DNA of 64,000 nucleotides from positions 805,968 to 869,967 of the forward strand of contig OZ316894.1 of assembly GCA_973895155.1 (NCBI GenBank), given 5' to 3'. Each line of letters starts with the position of its first letter. Position 1 is the stretch's first letter. This stretch comes from Marsupella aquatica (Eukaryota > Plantae > Marchantiophyta). Positions 12,185 through 25,800 of the stretch are shown piece by piece. The notes under the pieces are model-generated. The model worked only from the letters and a program-made list of their open reading frames with translations. It was not told the DNA's origin and did no database searches. Position numbers and translations under genes: made by a program.

Positions 12185-14689
12185 GATGGTCAATAAGATG
12201 GTCTAAATCCTCAACATGAGAAGGATTCTGATGATCATTGTCTTCATCATCCTGAACATGAGAAGGAACCTCAATAGGATCTTGTACAAGAGGCGGGTCC
12301 TCAACTGAAGTATTGAGGACAGGTTCAGATACAACGTTTGGCTCATCTGGTTGTTGATCAACATCATTTAGCAACAGACCCCACTTCTCAGGCCTAGGCT
12401 CATAATCGCTATCGTCAGACGTGTCCTCCCACTATTCATTTAGTCCAGCCTGCACATGGTTCAGACAATATGATGAGAATGGAATGTACAAACAATAAGC
12501 AAAGATTGCAAGAAGTAAAATAAGAAGGTCATAGCTCTATTCGTGCAACTTTAGTGGTCATGCCCCGACCTGCAGCAAATTGTTAGTGGCTGTGGCTATG
12601 CTGACAGGCTTTTGCTCTTCTTTCCACTCCATGTAATCTTGGAATGTAGCTTCAAAGTCGACTTCTTTGGGGCCATGCTTCCACTACAAAAGCACTCTTT
12701 TCAGAGCCAAGTAATTCAAGGCATTTGAAATGAGAGCATCTCGAATAGTTTCAAACTGCATCAGCTCAAGAGGTTGCACCTCCACATCCGGCCGGGGGAA
12801 AATGCATGGCAGAACACCACAATCTAGTGGAAGTGCCTGCAACTTGCGATCTCTAGGTAGAAGTACCGGCAATTCTCGGATTGAAGCAACCCAGCGACAT
12901 AGAATAGGAGTAAGTGCAGCAGCTGACACAAAGTCTTGCAACATCTCATACACATTGTCATCCAACAAGGATGACCAACCATTCGCCTGCCTTCCACGTA
13001 TGTACACTTCCTTGATGCCATGAATGAGCAATGATTTTGCAGGAATAAGCGGCTGATCTGCAGCAACACCATACTTCTTCTTTAGCATTGTCTTCTTCTG
13101 CAACTTTGTCTGTCTCCATCAAAGTTGCACAGTAGATCGAAGCCGGTTCCAAGAGGCCTCATTGTTGTCCTTCCTGGCATTTGGCCCATGGCCCTTATGT
13201 TTCTTGGCAATCCGAGTGGAGAAGTCGGATATTGAATATAACCAAGGTTGGCCTGTCTCCAATAATGCACGTGGCAACTCCAATTTGTGTTGACGTCCAT
13301 GTGGGTTTGGAAACCAGCAAAGGAAGAGAATGACCGAGGCTTGTGAGCACCAGCTATGCAGACAAACACATGCTTGCCTTCATCATCAACACGATGTCGG
13401 AAGTGATTCTCTTCCTCTGCTACCTGAATTTTTCTCATTTGTGGCGCCATGGAAACTGAGCTTGAACCTTGGTTGGGCTCAAAATCAAACCCAACCTCTC
13501 CAGCCTATGACCTTGACCTTTGTCCTGTATTGCTTTGCACTCGTTAATGGATAGGATTCAACTACCATATGGAAATAGTCCCTGCACTGTTATCCACGTA
13601 ATATTGAAACTATACAATGCCAGAACCGGAAGACATGGATGTGATGGTGCTCAAAAATTGCAGAATGCAAGAGAAATTCAGGTAATGGTATTCTGCGCAT
13701 TGACATGATGCAAAAAAATGCAGGAAACAGTATGTTGGGCTACATTGACGGACAATCCTCTTCTGGAAGAACAACAGAGGGAGATACTCTCACCAAAACA
13801 AAACAGCCCATCAATGTTTGCAACAAGAGCACAACAAGAGGCGATTCTGATGATAGTTGGACCAAACCAAGAAGAGAACAGGTTCAGATATAAGCAAAAC
13901 TAGAACACACGGATGTCTTGGTATTCAAACAGGGCAGCAAAACTCATACTTAGGCAAAAAGAGCTGAAATCATACCTAATGCTTCGACCAACAAACAAAT
14001 ACAGGCGGGTTCAAGTGGGATGGAGATTAATCCCTGTCGTGAAGTCCACTTTGCCTAAAGCTCGCAGGCAACTATGCAGCAGAACCGGAGTACATGGATT
14101 TCATGGTGACAAAAATGCATAAGAACAAGGAGACTCTGCAAATGATCTTAACTAATCTAATGCAAATGTAAACAATGCAGAAGAACTTACGACAAGAAGG
14201 CGAAGATAATGCAGGAGACGTCATTCATGTTATGGTATGCATGATTAATTCTTGGGCTACATTGGCAAGCGGACAATCCTCCATACCTTAATGAAGAACA
14301 GCAAAGGGAGACACTCTCACCAATCCAAAACCCACCAACAATTTGGCAGGCGCTACAATGTGAAAGAAATCTCGCAGAATGGGGTGAATGAACGCTACTC
14401 GATCCTAGCAGTGGGTCGAGACTCAGACCTCGCGCTCTCCTTTGGCACCGATCAATGAAATGTGCACACAATCAAAAGCATGAACCTCCCCAAAATGGCC
14501 AGCCGCCAGCAGCAAACGACGCCTCACCTCCATGAACCACGAAGACGCAGTCCCCTCCGTAAAACAACGAAAAACTATTGATCCCACCCTCGACAAATGA
14601 CGGTCGCACTTGACCCTAAATCACGCCCCGACAATGTGCGCCCTAAAACAGAAATTATGTTGAAGACATAAACCATGACGTATTCACGC

Positions 14690-14941
14690 TCATAAGGGAC
14701 CATAGTGCGAGAACGCAAAACCGCGTAGTGGTGGCCCAACTGCAGCGGAGTTGCGTGGTCAACTGCGGGAGGCGATCCTGCGTGGTGGCATGGCTCCCAA
14801 CTGTGCAGTAAGGCCTTTACACGGGGGAAACTGCCTTACACCGGAGAAAAGGTTACGGGCCATAATGAGGGGGCTGATTGAGGCAAAAAAGTTTATAAGG
14901 GGCAAAAAAGTTTGTAGGGGGCTGATCAAGTAAAGCTTCTC
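14690..14941. repeat. Putative MULE terminal inverted repeat (right end)
   Basis: GAGA-initiated terminus on the - strand. Duplicated motifs ggggctgat and gcaaaaaagttt. Lies just upstream of the accessory gene. Confidence 0.5.
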
Positions 14942-16161
14942 TTGGAGAGGGTCTATTGAGCATATCCCTCCCTCCCGGACGGTTCATTGCCGATCAAAAG
15001 TAATAGGCGGCGAGGGTGTGTCATGTGTGAGAAAATAATGGCACTGGGCAGCCCGACAGTGGATGGGCCGCTGGGGGGTGCCCACAGAGTGCAGTAAAAG
15101 ACTAAAAGTGCAACTCAAAGGACCCGAAATATCTGGACTGGCCGTACACAGCACAATCTTACAGTACGGTGGAGCCAAACGAACAGAACAATAATTATTA
15201 TTGGAGTTGACGACTTGACGCTCTCAAGTTATGACAGGTCTGCATCGTTGTCATACGCTGCCCGACGCAGGAAAGCGTTCTTCTAAACGGAACATCTACG
15301 AGTGACAGATACAAGTGACCTACTGGAATCATACCGTATAGCACGGCAGAACAAAATGCGCCAACCCAGGCACGGAACCCATAGACAGGAGAAAATAAAA
15401 TAGAGACGTAAAACTTTGGAAGACCAAAGAGCAAAGGAGCTCGAGAATCCCACCAACTTCAAAATAACTGAGAAGGCTCGTGAAGCTTATGAATAAACCG
15501 CATAGGGGGTCAAAAACTAGTGCCTGTAATAAGAATAATTTCCCTAAAGACACTGTAACCACTGTAAGAGTAGTGAATTCCTGAGCCCTGCCCTGATGTA
15601 GATCATGACCACTCTGGTTCTATAAAGTGTAGTTTGGATAAACTTTATGTGAATCTCACCTTCGTAGTGTACGACTTCTAATCAATTGAAGCGATGCTCT
15701 CTACTTCGTCAATGATAAGACAGCGGGAGGGAGCTGGTCAAGAGGAGCCGAGGAGGATATTGCAGGGTGAGCGGCCTGCACGTACAACATTACAGTTATT
15801 GAATGCCATTTTTGCATTTCTAGTACGGAGTTGCTGTCGACAGTTTAGACCGAGACGTTATTAGGTATGTGTGTGGGGGGAGTGGGCGGTGGGTGAGAAG
15901 TTCAACTCTCAGTCTCTCATATTTGATTCCAACAAGGTTTGTATCGATTGGTTCGGGTGGATGATTTTGCTTGCGCTGGCCAGCATTTCATACATCGTTC
16001 GTGATCAATTACAACTCGGATTCTTGTTTTATGAATTGCAGGTTGAGTATGTCAGGTTCTCTGTAGTGAGTAGGACTCCAGTCAAACAGCTGCCCACCAC
16101 GTCTATTTCCATGGTCAGCAATTTCGTGGCCGAACTCGAACGTTAAAATCTTTTGCCGACC

Positions 16162-18138
16162 ATGGCTGGCTGTTTGAATTTCAGTTTGACTGAGTACAAG
16201 GGCCGTAAGTTGCACAGAAGCTTTGAGGAACGAGGGCTGAAGTCTCGGATGATACCCATCAGCAACGGTTCTACAATCCACTGCTGGGTGCCCAAAGATT
16301 TTACCCCTCCAACTGGTAACTGTCCCACTGTGGAGGAGGGGCTCACCGACGGCAATACCGTCACTGCCAAGAGTGACAAGCCAGTTTTGGTCCTTCTCCA
16401 TGGCTTTGGATTAGGTGCAGTGTGGCAGTGGTCTTTGCAGGTGAAGCCCTTGTTCCCATATTTCAATCTTATCATCCCTGACCTGTTGTTCTTTGGCCTT
16501 TCTACTACAACCAATCCAGACCGGTCGGAGTCCTTTCAGGCTGAATGCGTATGGCTGACGTTAAGCACATTGGGGATATCAAGGTTCAGTGTAGTTGGCA
16601 CCAGTTATGGAGGATTTGTGGCTTACAGATTAACACAGGCACACCCGGATGCAGTAGAGAAGGTAGTCATTACCAACTCGTCAACTTGCATGAAACCTGA
16701 GGATGATCAGGAGCTTTGCAAGCGAGGTGGAGTAGCTACCATCCCAGAGTTGTTTCTTCCTACCACTAGGCCTGGGTTGGAAGCCGTCAGCAAGCTTGTC
16801 TTCTCAAAACCGGCTCCCACCTGGTTCATTCCTTCATTTATAATCAACGACTACCTAAACGTGAGTCTCTTGAAGTCATCACTCATTTTAGTTTGCTGCA
16901 ATGTTAGCATTATTGTTTCTTCATCGGCTCAATCACATTAGCTGGTATTTTTTGTCGGGTTCTCGTAGGATTTCATTAAACGTCTGCACTTGGGGGCGTC
17001 GTTAAAGCACTTAGTTTTTTTCTCAAAGACAATGGTGTTGCAATTGTTCTTAAAGGACACAGAGTTTCGCTCTCCTTGTGCAGAATCCGTACTATCTCAC
17101 TATGAAAAAGAATCTCGGGTTGATTCCACCTTTAAACAATCACCAGAACAATCAGAATCCCAGTTGCTTCTAAGTTATGTTATATTTTGGCCCTCCGTCA
17201 CTGTCATAATTGCTCTCAATCACAGGTGTTGTATCTTCCTCATCGGGAACAGAAGGTTGAGATGCTAAAGCACCTCTCATTCGGAAAAGAAGCCGGACCT
17301 GCTCTCCTGACTAAAGTTGATAAGGTAATCGGACATTTATCTTGTAGATATGCTTGACAGTAAATCTCTCGTTTCTCTGCTACGAACAAATTATCAGACG
17401 TGCCGAATTAGAGTTACTTTATTAGATAAGAATTTTTCTGATCTTTTTTCCAATATGGATTGAACTAGTGTGGCATTTATGCATCCATTGCAGAATATAA
17501 ATGTAGTTTTTTAATTTGTTTTAATGCCCGTAGGAAGTACTTATAGTATGGGGTGAAGCTGACAAAGTCTTCCCGCTAGAGCAAGCCGAGCGCATAAAAG
17601 AGTGAGTTCTCCCCGACATTCGTTACTTGTCGCCAGCTGATTGTAAAATGAAACCTACGTTTATCTTCGCGTCGTGTCATTGAGCGTGGGTAGGCCGATG
17701 TTTTGCTATTAACACGGACTGTCTTTGCGAGGCTTGATTGTTGTCCTATGACGTGTCTTTGATTACTACCTTAACTTACGCCTTGGTGGTAGGAAAGTCA
17801 CATCATAGCAAAGAGGTTATTTCATCTAGATCCGACTAGAGTACTTAAACTTTCGCACGGGTTCGACCTGCATTTTCGCTTCTTGTTTTGCATCGAGTCA
17901 TTTCCAAATCTACTTTCGAACGAAAGGATTCCTTGGTTGGACTCCATGTTATCTTTTACTTTGAGCCTTTGTATCTGTAAGATATAACCTGCTCTTGGGG
18001 TATTGTAAAAGCAGGTACCTGGGGGAGCGGGCAGAACTAGTGGTACTGAAAGAGGCAGGGCATGTTTCGCACATGGAGCAGCCTGCAAAGTGGAATTCGC
18101 GTGTTGTAAAATTCTTGCTGGGAATTGAGCTTGCTTAG
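16162..18138 (+). CDS. Alpha/beta hydrolase fold protein (lipase/esterase-like), 4 exons
   Basis: Exons 16162-16860, 17226-17324, 17534-17601, 18015-18138, all GT-AG and in phase. LLHGFG oxyanion motif, GTSYGG nucleophile, WGEAD acid, AGH histidine. Confidence 0.93.
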
Positions 18139-18954
18139 GGCTGTCTTGCATGTAGGCAGCCCTCAAAATATCGGTCCTTAGCACTCCCTAAACTGCTGGG
18201 GAAAAGCTCCAGATTTCGATTTTCCACATTTCAGCTGCCCTGTAAGACCTGAGCAAGCCGTTTCGAACACTTGAATGATTGGAACGCCTCTATCAATGCA
18301 CCTGGTTCCTGTTTTATTCACATTACAGAGTTCGGGACCTCAAGGGCAGGTAAGTGTCATGCCTTTTCCCCTGGATCTCCACAGTAAATGCCCTTAGCCC
18401 TGTCTGAGGAGGGGTGAAGGGGGTGCAGGCATGAAAATCTCAGTAAATAAGCTGCTCTGATCAGTTAAATCGTGGGCGCAATTGTTAGCACTGCCTACAT
18501 GCAAGACACCCCTTAGTATTCCCAGAACTCACTTACCCAGGACTTTTGCAGCGCTAAGATCATTGAGCAGAGTTGTAGTAGGTTTCTACCCAGCGTGACA
18601 ATGGATGAAACTAAGGAGTCGAAAAGAAACGAATGCATGCATTCTACAAAGTACTTGCTCGTATCATTTTATCTTGGGACTACTAATAAAGTGCACCCAA
18701 ACTTCTTTCCATTTTGAGCAAGCAGAACTGCAATATTCAAGAAGGATGGGTCCTCCTTGTGTGGTCACTCAAGCCTTTGATAATATTGAGGGTAAACTGT
18801 CATACATTATTCCTAAAAGATTTTTAGCGATGCCCTTAATTTGTAAATTATCCAAATACTCTCCATTCTTTAATGGTTGATATTTTTGTGGTGTTGTAGA
18901 GTGCCAATACCTGGTGCACATGTCTTTTTCAATGGGTTGGAATGTCCCAGATGC

Positions 18955-19270
18955 TCTGCTATGTCACTACCCAATACCATGTCAAGGCAAGGCAAAGAAT
19001 GTTAGTGAGGCATAAGTTCTTGAAACGGGTCCTCTACTATGTCACTACCCAACACCATGTTAAGGCAAGGCAAAAGAATGTTAGCGAGGCAAAAGTTGTT
19101 GATGAAACATTTTATGTGTAGTTGTAATCATGTTGCATAGAAGAAAAAAATGTCAAGACAAGACAGAATAATAGTGAGGCAAATGTTCTTGTCGAAACAT
19201 GTTGCATAAAATAAAAGATGTCAAGGCAAGGCATAGAATGCTACTGAGGCAAAACTTATTGTTAAAACAT
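18955..19270. repeat. Degenerate tandem repeats (about 60-80 bp)
   Basis: tgtcaaggcaaggca..gaatg.tagtgaggc recurs about 4 times. Confidence 0.7.
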
Positions 19271-19432
19271 CTCACTTATTTGCAATCCCCGTTGCAATCA
19301 TGTGATCATCCTGGCCATATTGTCATTGTCAAAAGCGTTGTTACAAATGAATAAGTTTATTGTAAGGTGAGTTTTTTGGCCCATTCAATAGTCATACAAA
19401 ATTCAAATTTGAGTCAGGCTCAAAACCCATTA

Positions 19433-19700
19433 TGTTTGGGTGCGATCACATATTTTAGTGTTTATCATGATCATTTATTATATTATTTAAAAACTACAAT
19501 AACATGCCACATAGCCCAATGCATGTGCCCTCCCTTTCTCTTCCTCCCTCAAAACCCATTTACTACAACCATAAATTGTTTGGGTGTGATCACATATTTT
19601 AGTGTTTATCATGATCATTTATTATATTATTTTAAAAACTACAATAATAATTATGCTACATAGCCCAATGCCTGTGCCCCCCTTTCTCTTCCTCCCTCCA
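19433..19700. repeat. Tandem duplication of about 144 bp
   Basis: tgtttgggtg(c/t)gatcacatattttagtgtttatcatgatcatttattatattattt at 19433 and 19577. Confidence 0.85.
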
Positions 19701-20109
19701 ACATGATTTGAAAAGAGAAGAAAAACACAGGGAGGAAAAAATACTATCTCCCAAAATAAGGAAGTTCCCCTCTTCCATAGCAGAAAGCCAAAAACTCTTT
19801 TATGAACTTCACATGTAGTGGTTGTATGCTAGAAAGTACTCACCCATGATCACATATACAGTGTATGTACCTACTGCAAAAGCAAGTATCTCCACTGGGT
19901 ATCCTTTTCCACTCAATAGAAGGGTGTAAAAAATACTGGACTACAATAATGGGTCCCTCCAATTTCAATTTTCTGAAGGGATGATAGATGAGGAGATTTT
20001 GGCAGCAGCCTTTATTGTAGTGGCTGTTTTCTCTCTAATTAACCCTCGTACAAGTGATGATAACTGACCTATATACAGTTAATTGTGTATAAGTGCAAGC
20101 TCTAGGAAA

Positions 20110-20471
20110 TGTTGAGCAAAGACAACACCCAGACAACATCCACAATGGCAAGCCCATGAACATCCAACGCACAAGTAATTGACACAAAGAGATACATGGT
20201 TCACCTCAGCTGAGGCTACGTCCACGGGAACACACGAGTCAGAGATTTACTGCACTCTAGGCCTGTTGACCATACCAAATCTCCGCAATACAAGATCTCC
20301 CTATCTCTCAACTAGCTTTGTAACAATAACAGACCTTGAGTTCTTATCCAAGCAAACACCGCTTGGGATATAGTGTGCAATTACCTAGTTAACCTAACCT
20401 AGTCCACAACTGAGGTTAGCCCTAACTACGGTTACCATCGTAAGCCTAGACCTAAGAGTAAATGTCTAGCA
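20110..20471 (-). mobile_element. Solo LTR of a copia family related to the full-length element; TSD GGAAA
   Basis: TGTTGAGCA start and CA end, with GGAAA on both sides (20105-20109, 20472-20476). Shares ggcaagcccatgaa, ggttcacct..tgaggctacgtccacgggaacacac and cctagac.taagagtaaat with the 22875 LTR. Confidence 0.88.
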
Positions 20472-22874
20472 GGAAAGAAACCAACAGCCAGCACTTATAC
20501 ACAGAATGCACTATGTTATAAGTGAAGGTTGTTTAAGTTATGCACTTCTGGGTAAGTGCATGCTTTCACAAATAATGCACTAATCCAGTATACAAGCAGA
20601 TTTGGATTGGAGTGCCGGACATTCAACAAGTGCATATAATTGACATGCAACAGCTCCTAATAAAAGTAGCAGGGGCTCATTGTATAAAAATGTAGACAAG
20701 CACACCAGAATGTAGCAGAATTCACTAGTCCAGTCAACAGATTCACAATTTGAATGAAAGAAACAAAAATTGGGGCACTTTGTCACTACAAAACTTGCAT
20801 TCGAATTGAAAAGATGCAATGTTTGATACAAAACTCAGTTCCTATTGGACTGAAAGTGTGATGTGCCCTACTCAGGGCCCCAAGCTAAAACAATCTGAAT
20901 TCTAAACCTTGTCAAGGATGATTCATTAGCTTGCCATCGAGCTTGCCAACAGAGTCTTTATGGCCATTCTTCATGTGCCACATTTCCAATGACAAAGGAG
21001 ATTCCTCTAAATCTAGACGAAAGGGTTCCTTTGACACAAGCTTCTTGGTGCACAGAGTAGGAGGCAACCAGTCCCAATGGATTGTGTAAACTTGCTCTGA
21101 GCCTACTTGGGCAATTCTTGCAAATGCATTGTCTTGCTGAGATGGAATCATAAGTTGTTGAATGTGATAACATGTGAAGTTTCATAATTGATAGTTCTGT
21201 AAGAATGCCTCCAAGCAACTCAAATCTTTGTTTGAGAATCACGAATTTCCCGTGTCCACTTTACCATTATAAATCATCACACCTTGGACCCCTTAAAATG
21301 GCTTGTAGCCCCACATAAACGAGCACCTTCCTGAGAAATGGGAACACAATTGTGCTTGAATAGCTTTGGCTCCTTACTCTTGCTCACCCCACTTGCCATT
21401 GCAAGGCATTCTCCTTGCCAGTTTCCTTCCCCATTGATGACTCCCCAAAGGAGACAAAAGTTGGAGCCAACACAACAACAAATCGAAAGGGAAATGAATT
21501 AAATTTCCCAAGAGCATGAGCAGCTCTTACCAGACCGTGCCTTAACCCTAAACTCTAATACTGCACCTTGCCTGAACTGGTACAATTTGAAGCACTTGGA
21601 CAAAAATAGGTTAATGCTCCAGTAACTCCATGCACCAAACTCACTTGGTGTGGGGTTTGGCATTGCACTTGGAAATTGCAGTGTTGTCCCTAGCCTTCCC
21701 CTCCATGTCCACACCATCAAGTCCACAATTGGCAACAGAAACTGGTAATTAAATGCTTGATTGCCTCAAGCTATGCAGACATTGATTTGTGCCAAACTTC
21801 ATGATTTTGTTCACTTCAAGTGCCCAATTAAGTGTGAGCACGTACGTATGTATGTGTCATACTCTTGCTGTAGGAAAAAACATTTGATTGAATCAAAATA
21901 GAAACACCTGTGCAAACTGTATGTGCGGCTCAGTGATGGTCTCAGGTTCCTCTACTTCCTCAACGTTGTGTGAGTTTGCATTTGGATCCTCATCCTCTAC
22001 AATGTGATCAATAAAAAGATAACAATGAGTCATGGAACTCTATTACCATACGGTTAGCTCCGGCATTACTAACTTCAATGTCAAGCTCCTCTATGGTCCA
22101 GGCCAGGCCTCTGGGATAACCATCCCGTGGGGACTAAGTATGGGGAGACTTGTGGGCAATGAAGCGTTGCACTAGCAAAGACGATCCGCTGAGCTGGTGG
22201 AGCACACAAGGGACTTAGACTAGCGTTGGGAGCTGGTCGGTCATGAAAAGGGTCAAGCTCAAGGTGGATTGTCCGAAGCTTTGGACGGACTCTGAGTTTG
22301 GAGGACCTGGGCATGAGCACTGTGTCGGCCTAGTCACAACAGGCTAATGCCCTTCACTTATAGACGTCTAAGTAGAAAGTTATGGGCATAGCAAGTCAGG
22401 TAGCTTTTGTTGTGTCCAATTGATCGTGTTGGAATCCAAGTAGTGGCCATGGGCCAAAAAATAGGGTACCAAATTTGGTCTGGGGGTGGCAAGACTCCAG
22501 AAGCATATATGAGGGGAGTGGTGTCTCCCAGTGGGCTAAGGGTGAGCCCAATCCGTGAAGCGCGGTGGTCACGCTACAAAGGGAAAACCTCACATGGAAA
22601 CAACAATATCTCCTCAACGGTAAGTCTTTTGGAGAACTTCTTGGGTGCGTTGGAAAACTTTCAAGGAGGGCTGCATCCTCTTTCAAGGAGGACCAAAGAA
22701 GGCTTGGGTCTAGGGGTGCCTTTGGTCCTCATGGTATGCAAGGGCTATCTTGCCAGGTTGTCAATCCTGTCAAAACAACAATCAAACCACGTTCAGATTC
22801 CCAAAGGAGCTTGCGTTGGGGAGACAATGCAGAGTAGACACGGGTGTTGAGGTCCCAATGCATCTTGTCATTGG

Positions 22875-25800
22875 TGTTGAGCATAGACGACGATCGTAAC
22901 GGCAAGCCCATGAACCATCCAACGCACAATAGTCGACACAAGAGATACGTGGTTCACCTTCTTGAGGCTACGTCCACGGGAACACACAAGAGAGCTTTAC
23001 TGAACTCTAAGCCCGTCGGCTATACCGAGTCTCCACAGTGTAAGCTCTCCCTATCTCTCAAGTGGCTCCATAACAATGAGCCTTGGTTCTACCTCTCCAA
23101 GCACACATGCCTCTTATGATATAGTGTGCAACGTAGTTGTACCTAACCACGTAGTTGTACCAACCCACGTTGTTGTACCAACCACGTCATACCTAACCTA
23201 GACGTAAGAGTAAATACCCAACAATCTTCCCCTTGACTCTGGTCTAGGGGAGAGTAATACTGCCAATGTATATGATCCCTCAGCGGGAAGTTCTGGACAA
23301 AAACCAAACCGGTTTCCCTCTCTAACTAGAGCAAACCAGAACTAAGCCGTAGCCTAATACATAGGAATGAGGAAGAGCATATATCAGTAATTACAATGAA
23401 TGTTAAGAAAACTCTACTTGTGATGCAATTGCAAAACCTGCAATACGTCACGGTGTCTAGAGAAACTCTCCAAAGGAATCACTTTGGTAAATGCGTCAGC
23501 CGGGTTGAGTTTACCATCAATCTTGACTAGCTCAAACAAATTATCAGACACAGCCTGCCTGATAAAATGGTACCTAACGTCAATGTGCTTCACTCTGCTG
23601 TCCATCACCTGGTTCACAGCAAGGTGGAGCGCACTTTGACTATCACAATGGAGCTTCACATTCCCCTGTGACAATCCCATTTTAGTGATAAGTCTATCTA
23701 ACCAAATCGCTTCCTTTGCTGCTTCCGCAGCTGCAATATACTCCGCTTCTGTAGTAGACTGAGCAATATACTTCTGCAAAGTAGACCTCCAACTTATGCA
23801 TCCACCGCCAAGTGTGAACACATATCCTGTTGTTGATCTCCTTCGGTCCAAATCTTGTCCATAGTCAGAATCAACATAGCCAATCAATGATTTAGCATTC
23901 TTTGCATTCGCATCAAATAAAAGACCATGATCCACGGTACCCTTCAAGTACCTGATAATCCACTTCACTGCTTCCCAGTGTACCTTCCCTGGATTCGACA
24001 TGTACCTGCTCACCTTGCCCATAGCCATGGCAAGATCAGGTCTAGTGCAAGTCATCAAATACATGAGACTCCCCACTGCCTTGTCATACGAAACCTTTGA
24101 CATCAACCCCTTCTCTGTGTCATCCGTAGGACAGAACGCTGATGATAACTTGAAGTGTGGAGCCAACGGGGTACTTACTGGCTTGCTATTCCCCATGTTG
24201 AACCTTGCAATTACCTTCCTCGCATAACTGCTCTGCGTCAACCATAGCTTGCCAGCCTCCAAGTCCCTAGTGATCTCCATACCCAAAATCCTCTTAGCTG
24301 GCCCTAAGTCCTTCATCTTAAACTCTGCACTAAGCAGTGCCTTGAGCTTAACAATCTCAGACCTATCCTTGGCTGCAATTAGCATATCATCCACATAAAG
24401 TACTAAAACAATGAACCCAAAGACAACATTCTTTACCGGTTTCAAATACACACAAGGGTCAAATACACTTATGTGAAAACCTTGTGACCGAATCCAATCG
24501 TCAAACCGCTTGTTCCACTGTCTTGGTGACTGCTTCAACCCATACAAGGATTTCAGCAATCTGCAAACCAATTCTTCCTGTCCTCTCTTCACAAAACCTA
24601 GCGGTTGTCTCATGAAGATCACCTCTTCCAATGTGCCATAGAGGAAAGCTGTGACAACATCCATCTGATCTAGCAGCAGACCAAACATTACAATAAGTAC
24701 ACACAATAGTCGTATTGTAGAGTACTTAGCAACTAGTGAGAAGACCTCATTGTAATCCACACCTTTCTCTTGTGTGAATCCCTTTGCTACCAATCTAGCC
24801 TTGTAGACCTTCGATCCACCTCCTATGGAATTATCCTTCAACTTGTAAATCCACTTGTTGTCCACCACTTGCTGACCCTTAGGCAGCTTAACAAGCTCCC
24901 AAGTTTTGTTGTCCTTTAGTGACTGCATCTCCGTTTGCATTGCTGCAGTCCACTTCTGCTTCTCCTTTGAAGCACTTGCCTCATGAAATGAAGAAGGTTC
25001 TCCTTCTTCCAAAATTAACGCATCACCCTCATCATCAGCTGTAAAATCATCCTCTTGCAGTTGAGATGAATCAACCCACTGTCCATACCTTGGTGGAGCG
25101 CGTACAGTGCGACCAGATGTTCTTCTAGCCGATGACTCCGGTTGATCTGCGTGTGCTGGTACAATTTGAAGCTCAACAACATCCACTTGCTGCTCACCAG
25201 CATCAACAAACTCCTCTGGTTCCTCTGGCACAGGAACCAGCTCCATAATTGGAGCAACTCCTTCTCTCCGGTCATGCACCTCATAACCAATCTCCCCCTC
25301 AACGAGATCTGGGATAGGAGATTTTTCTTTGTCAGTACGGGAGACCTGAGTATTCTCACCCTCCTTCAATAATCTGGATTCATTGAAGGAAACATCCCTA
25401 CTGACAACGAGCTTACAGGCAATAGGATCCCATAGCCTATAGGCTTTCACACCACTCTGGTACCTAAGAAAAACACATTTCCTGGAGGTAGGATCCAACT
25501 TGATCCTATTCTGCTTCGGTGTGAGAGCATATGCATCACTTCCAAAAACTACCAAGCCATGATAGTCTGCTTGCCGCTTATAGCGCATCTCAAACGGCGT
25601 TTTGAAATTGATAGCACTAGAAGGAGAAAGATTTACCAAATAAGTTGCGGTATTGACAGCTTCTGCCCAAAATTCTTGTGGTAAACCTGATTGGCTCAAC
25701 ATACTCCGTGACTGCTCCAACAGTGTCCGATTGAGTCTCTCAGCGACACCATTCTGTTGCGGAGTATAAACTGTGGTGAGATGGCGAGTTATCCCCTGTT

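Larger units (their letters stand above)
5046..13450 (-). pseudogene. Multi-exon accessory (mudrB/VAN-like position) gene of unknown function, convergent with the transposase; disrupted by stops, frameshifts and two insertions
   Basis: Starts MAPQMRK at 13450 and continues by frameshift into 13103-12684. An acidic/Pro segment (12374-12185) resumes at 8086 after the insertion. A series of small exons follows (ttgtag acceptors at ~7692, 6568, 6375, 6170, 5819; gta/gtt donors) encoding basic + Pro/Ala-rich modules. The MITE splits the last exon. Confidence 0.6.
1..14941. mobile_element. Right portion of a large Mutator-like element (left end outside the window)
   Basis: Transposase on +, convergent accessory gene on -, and a TIR-like end at ~14690-14941 reading GAGAAGCTTTACTTGATCAGCCCCCTACAAAC from the right end, with internal repeats. 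The TSD cannot be checked. Confidence 0.6.
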
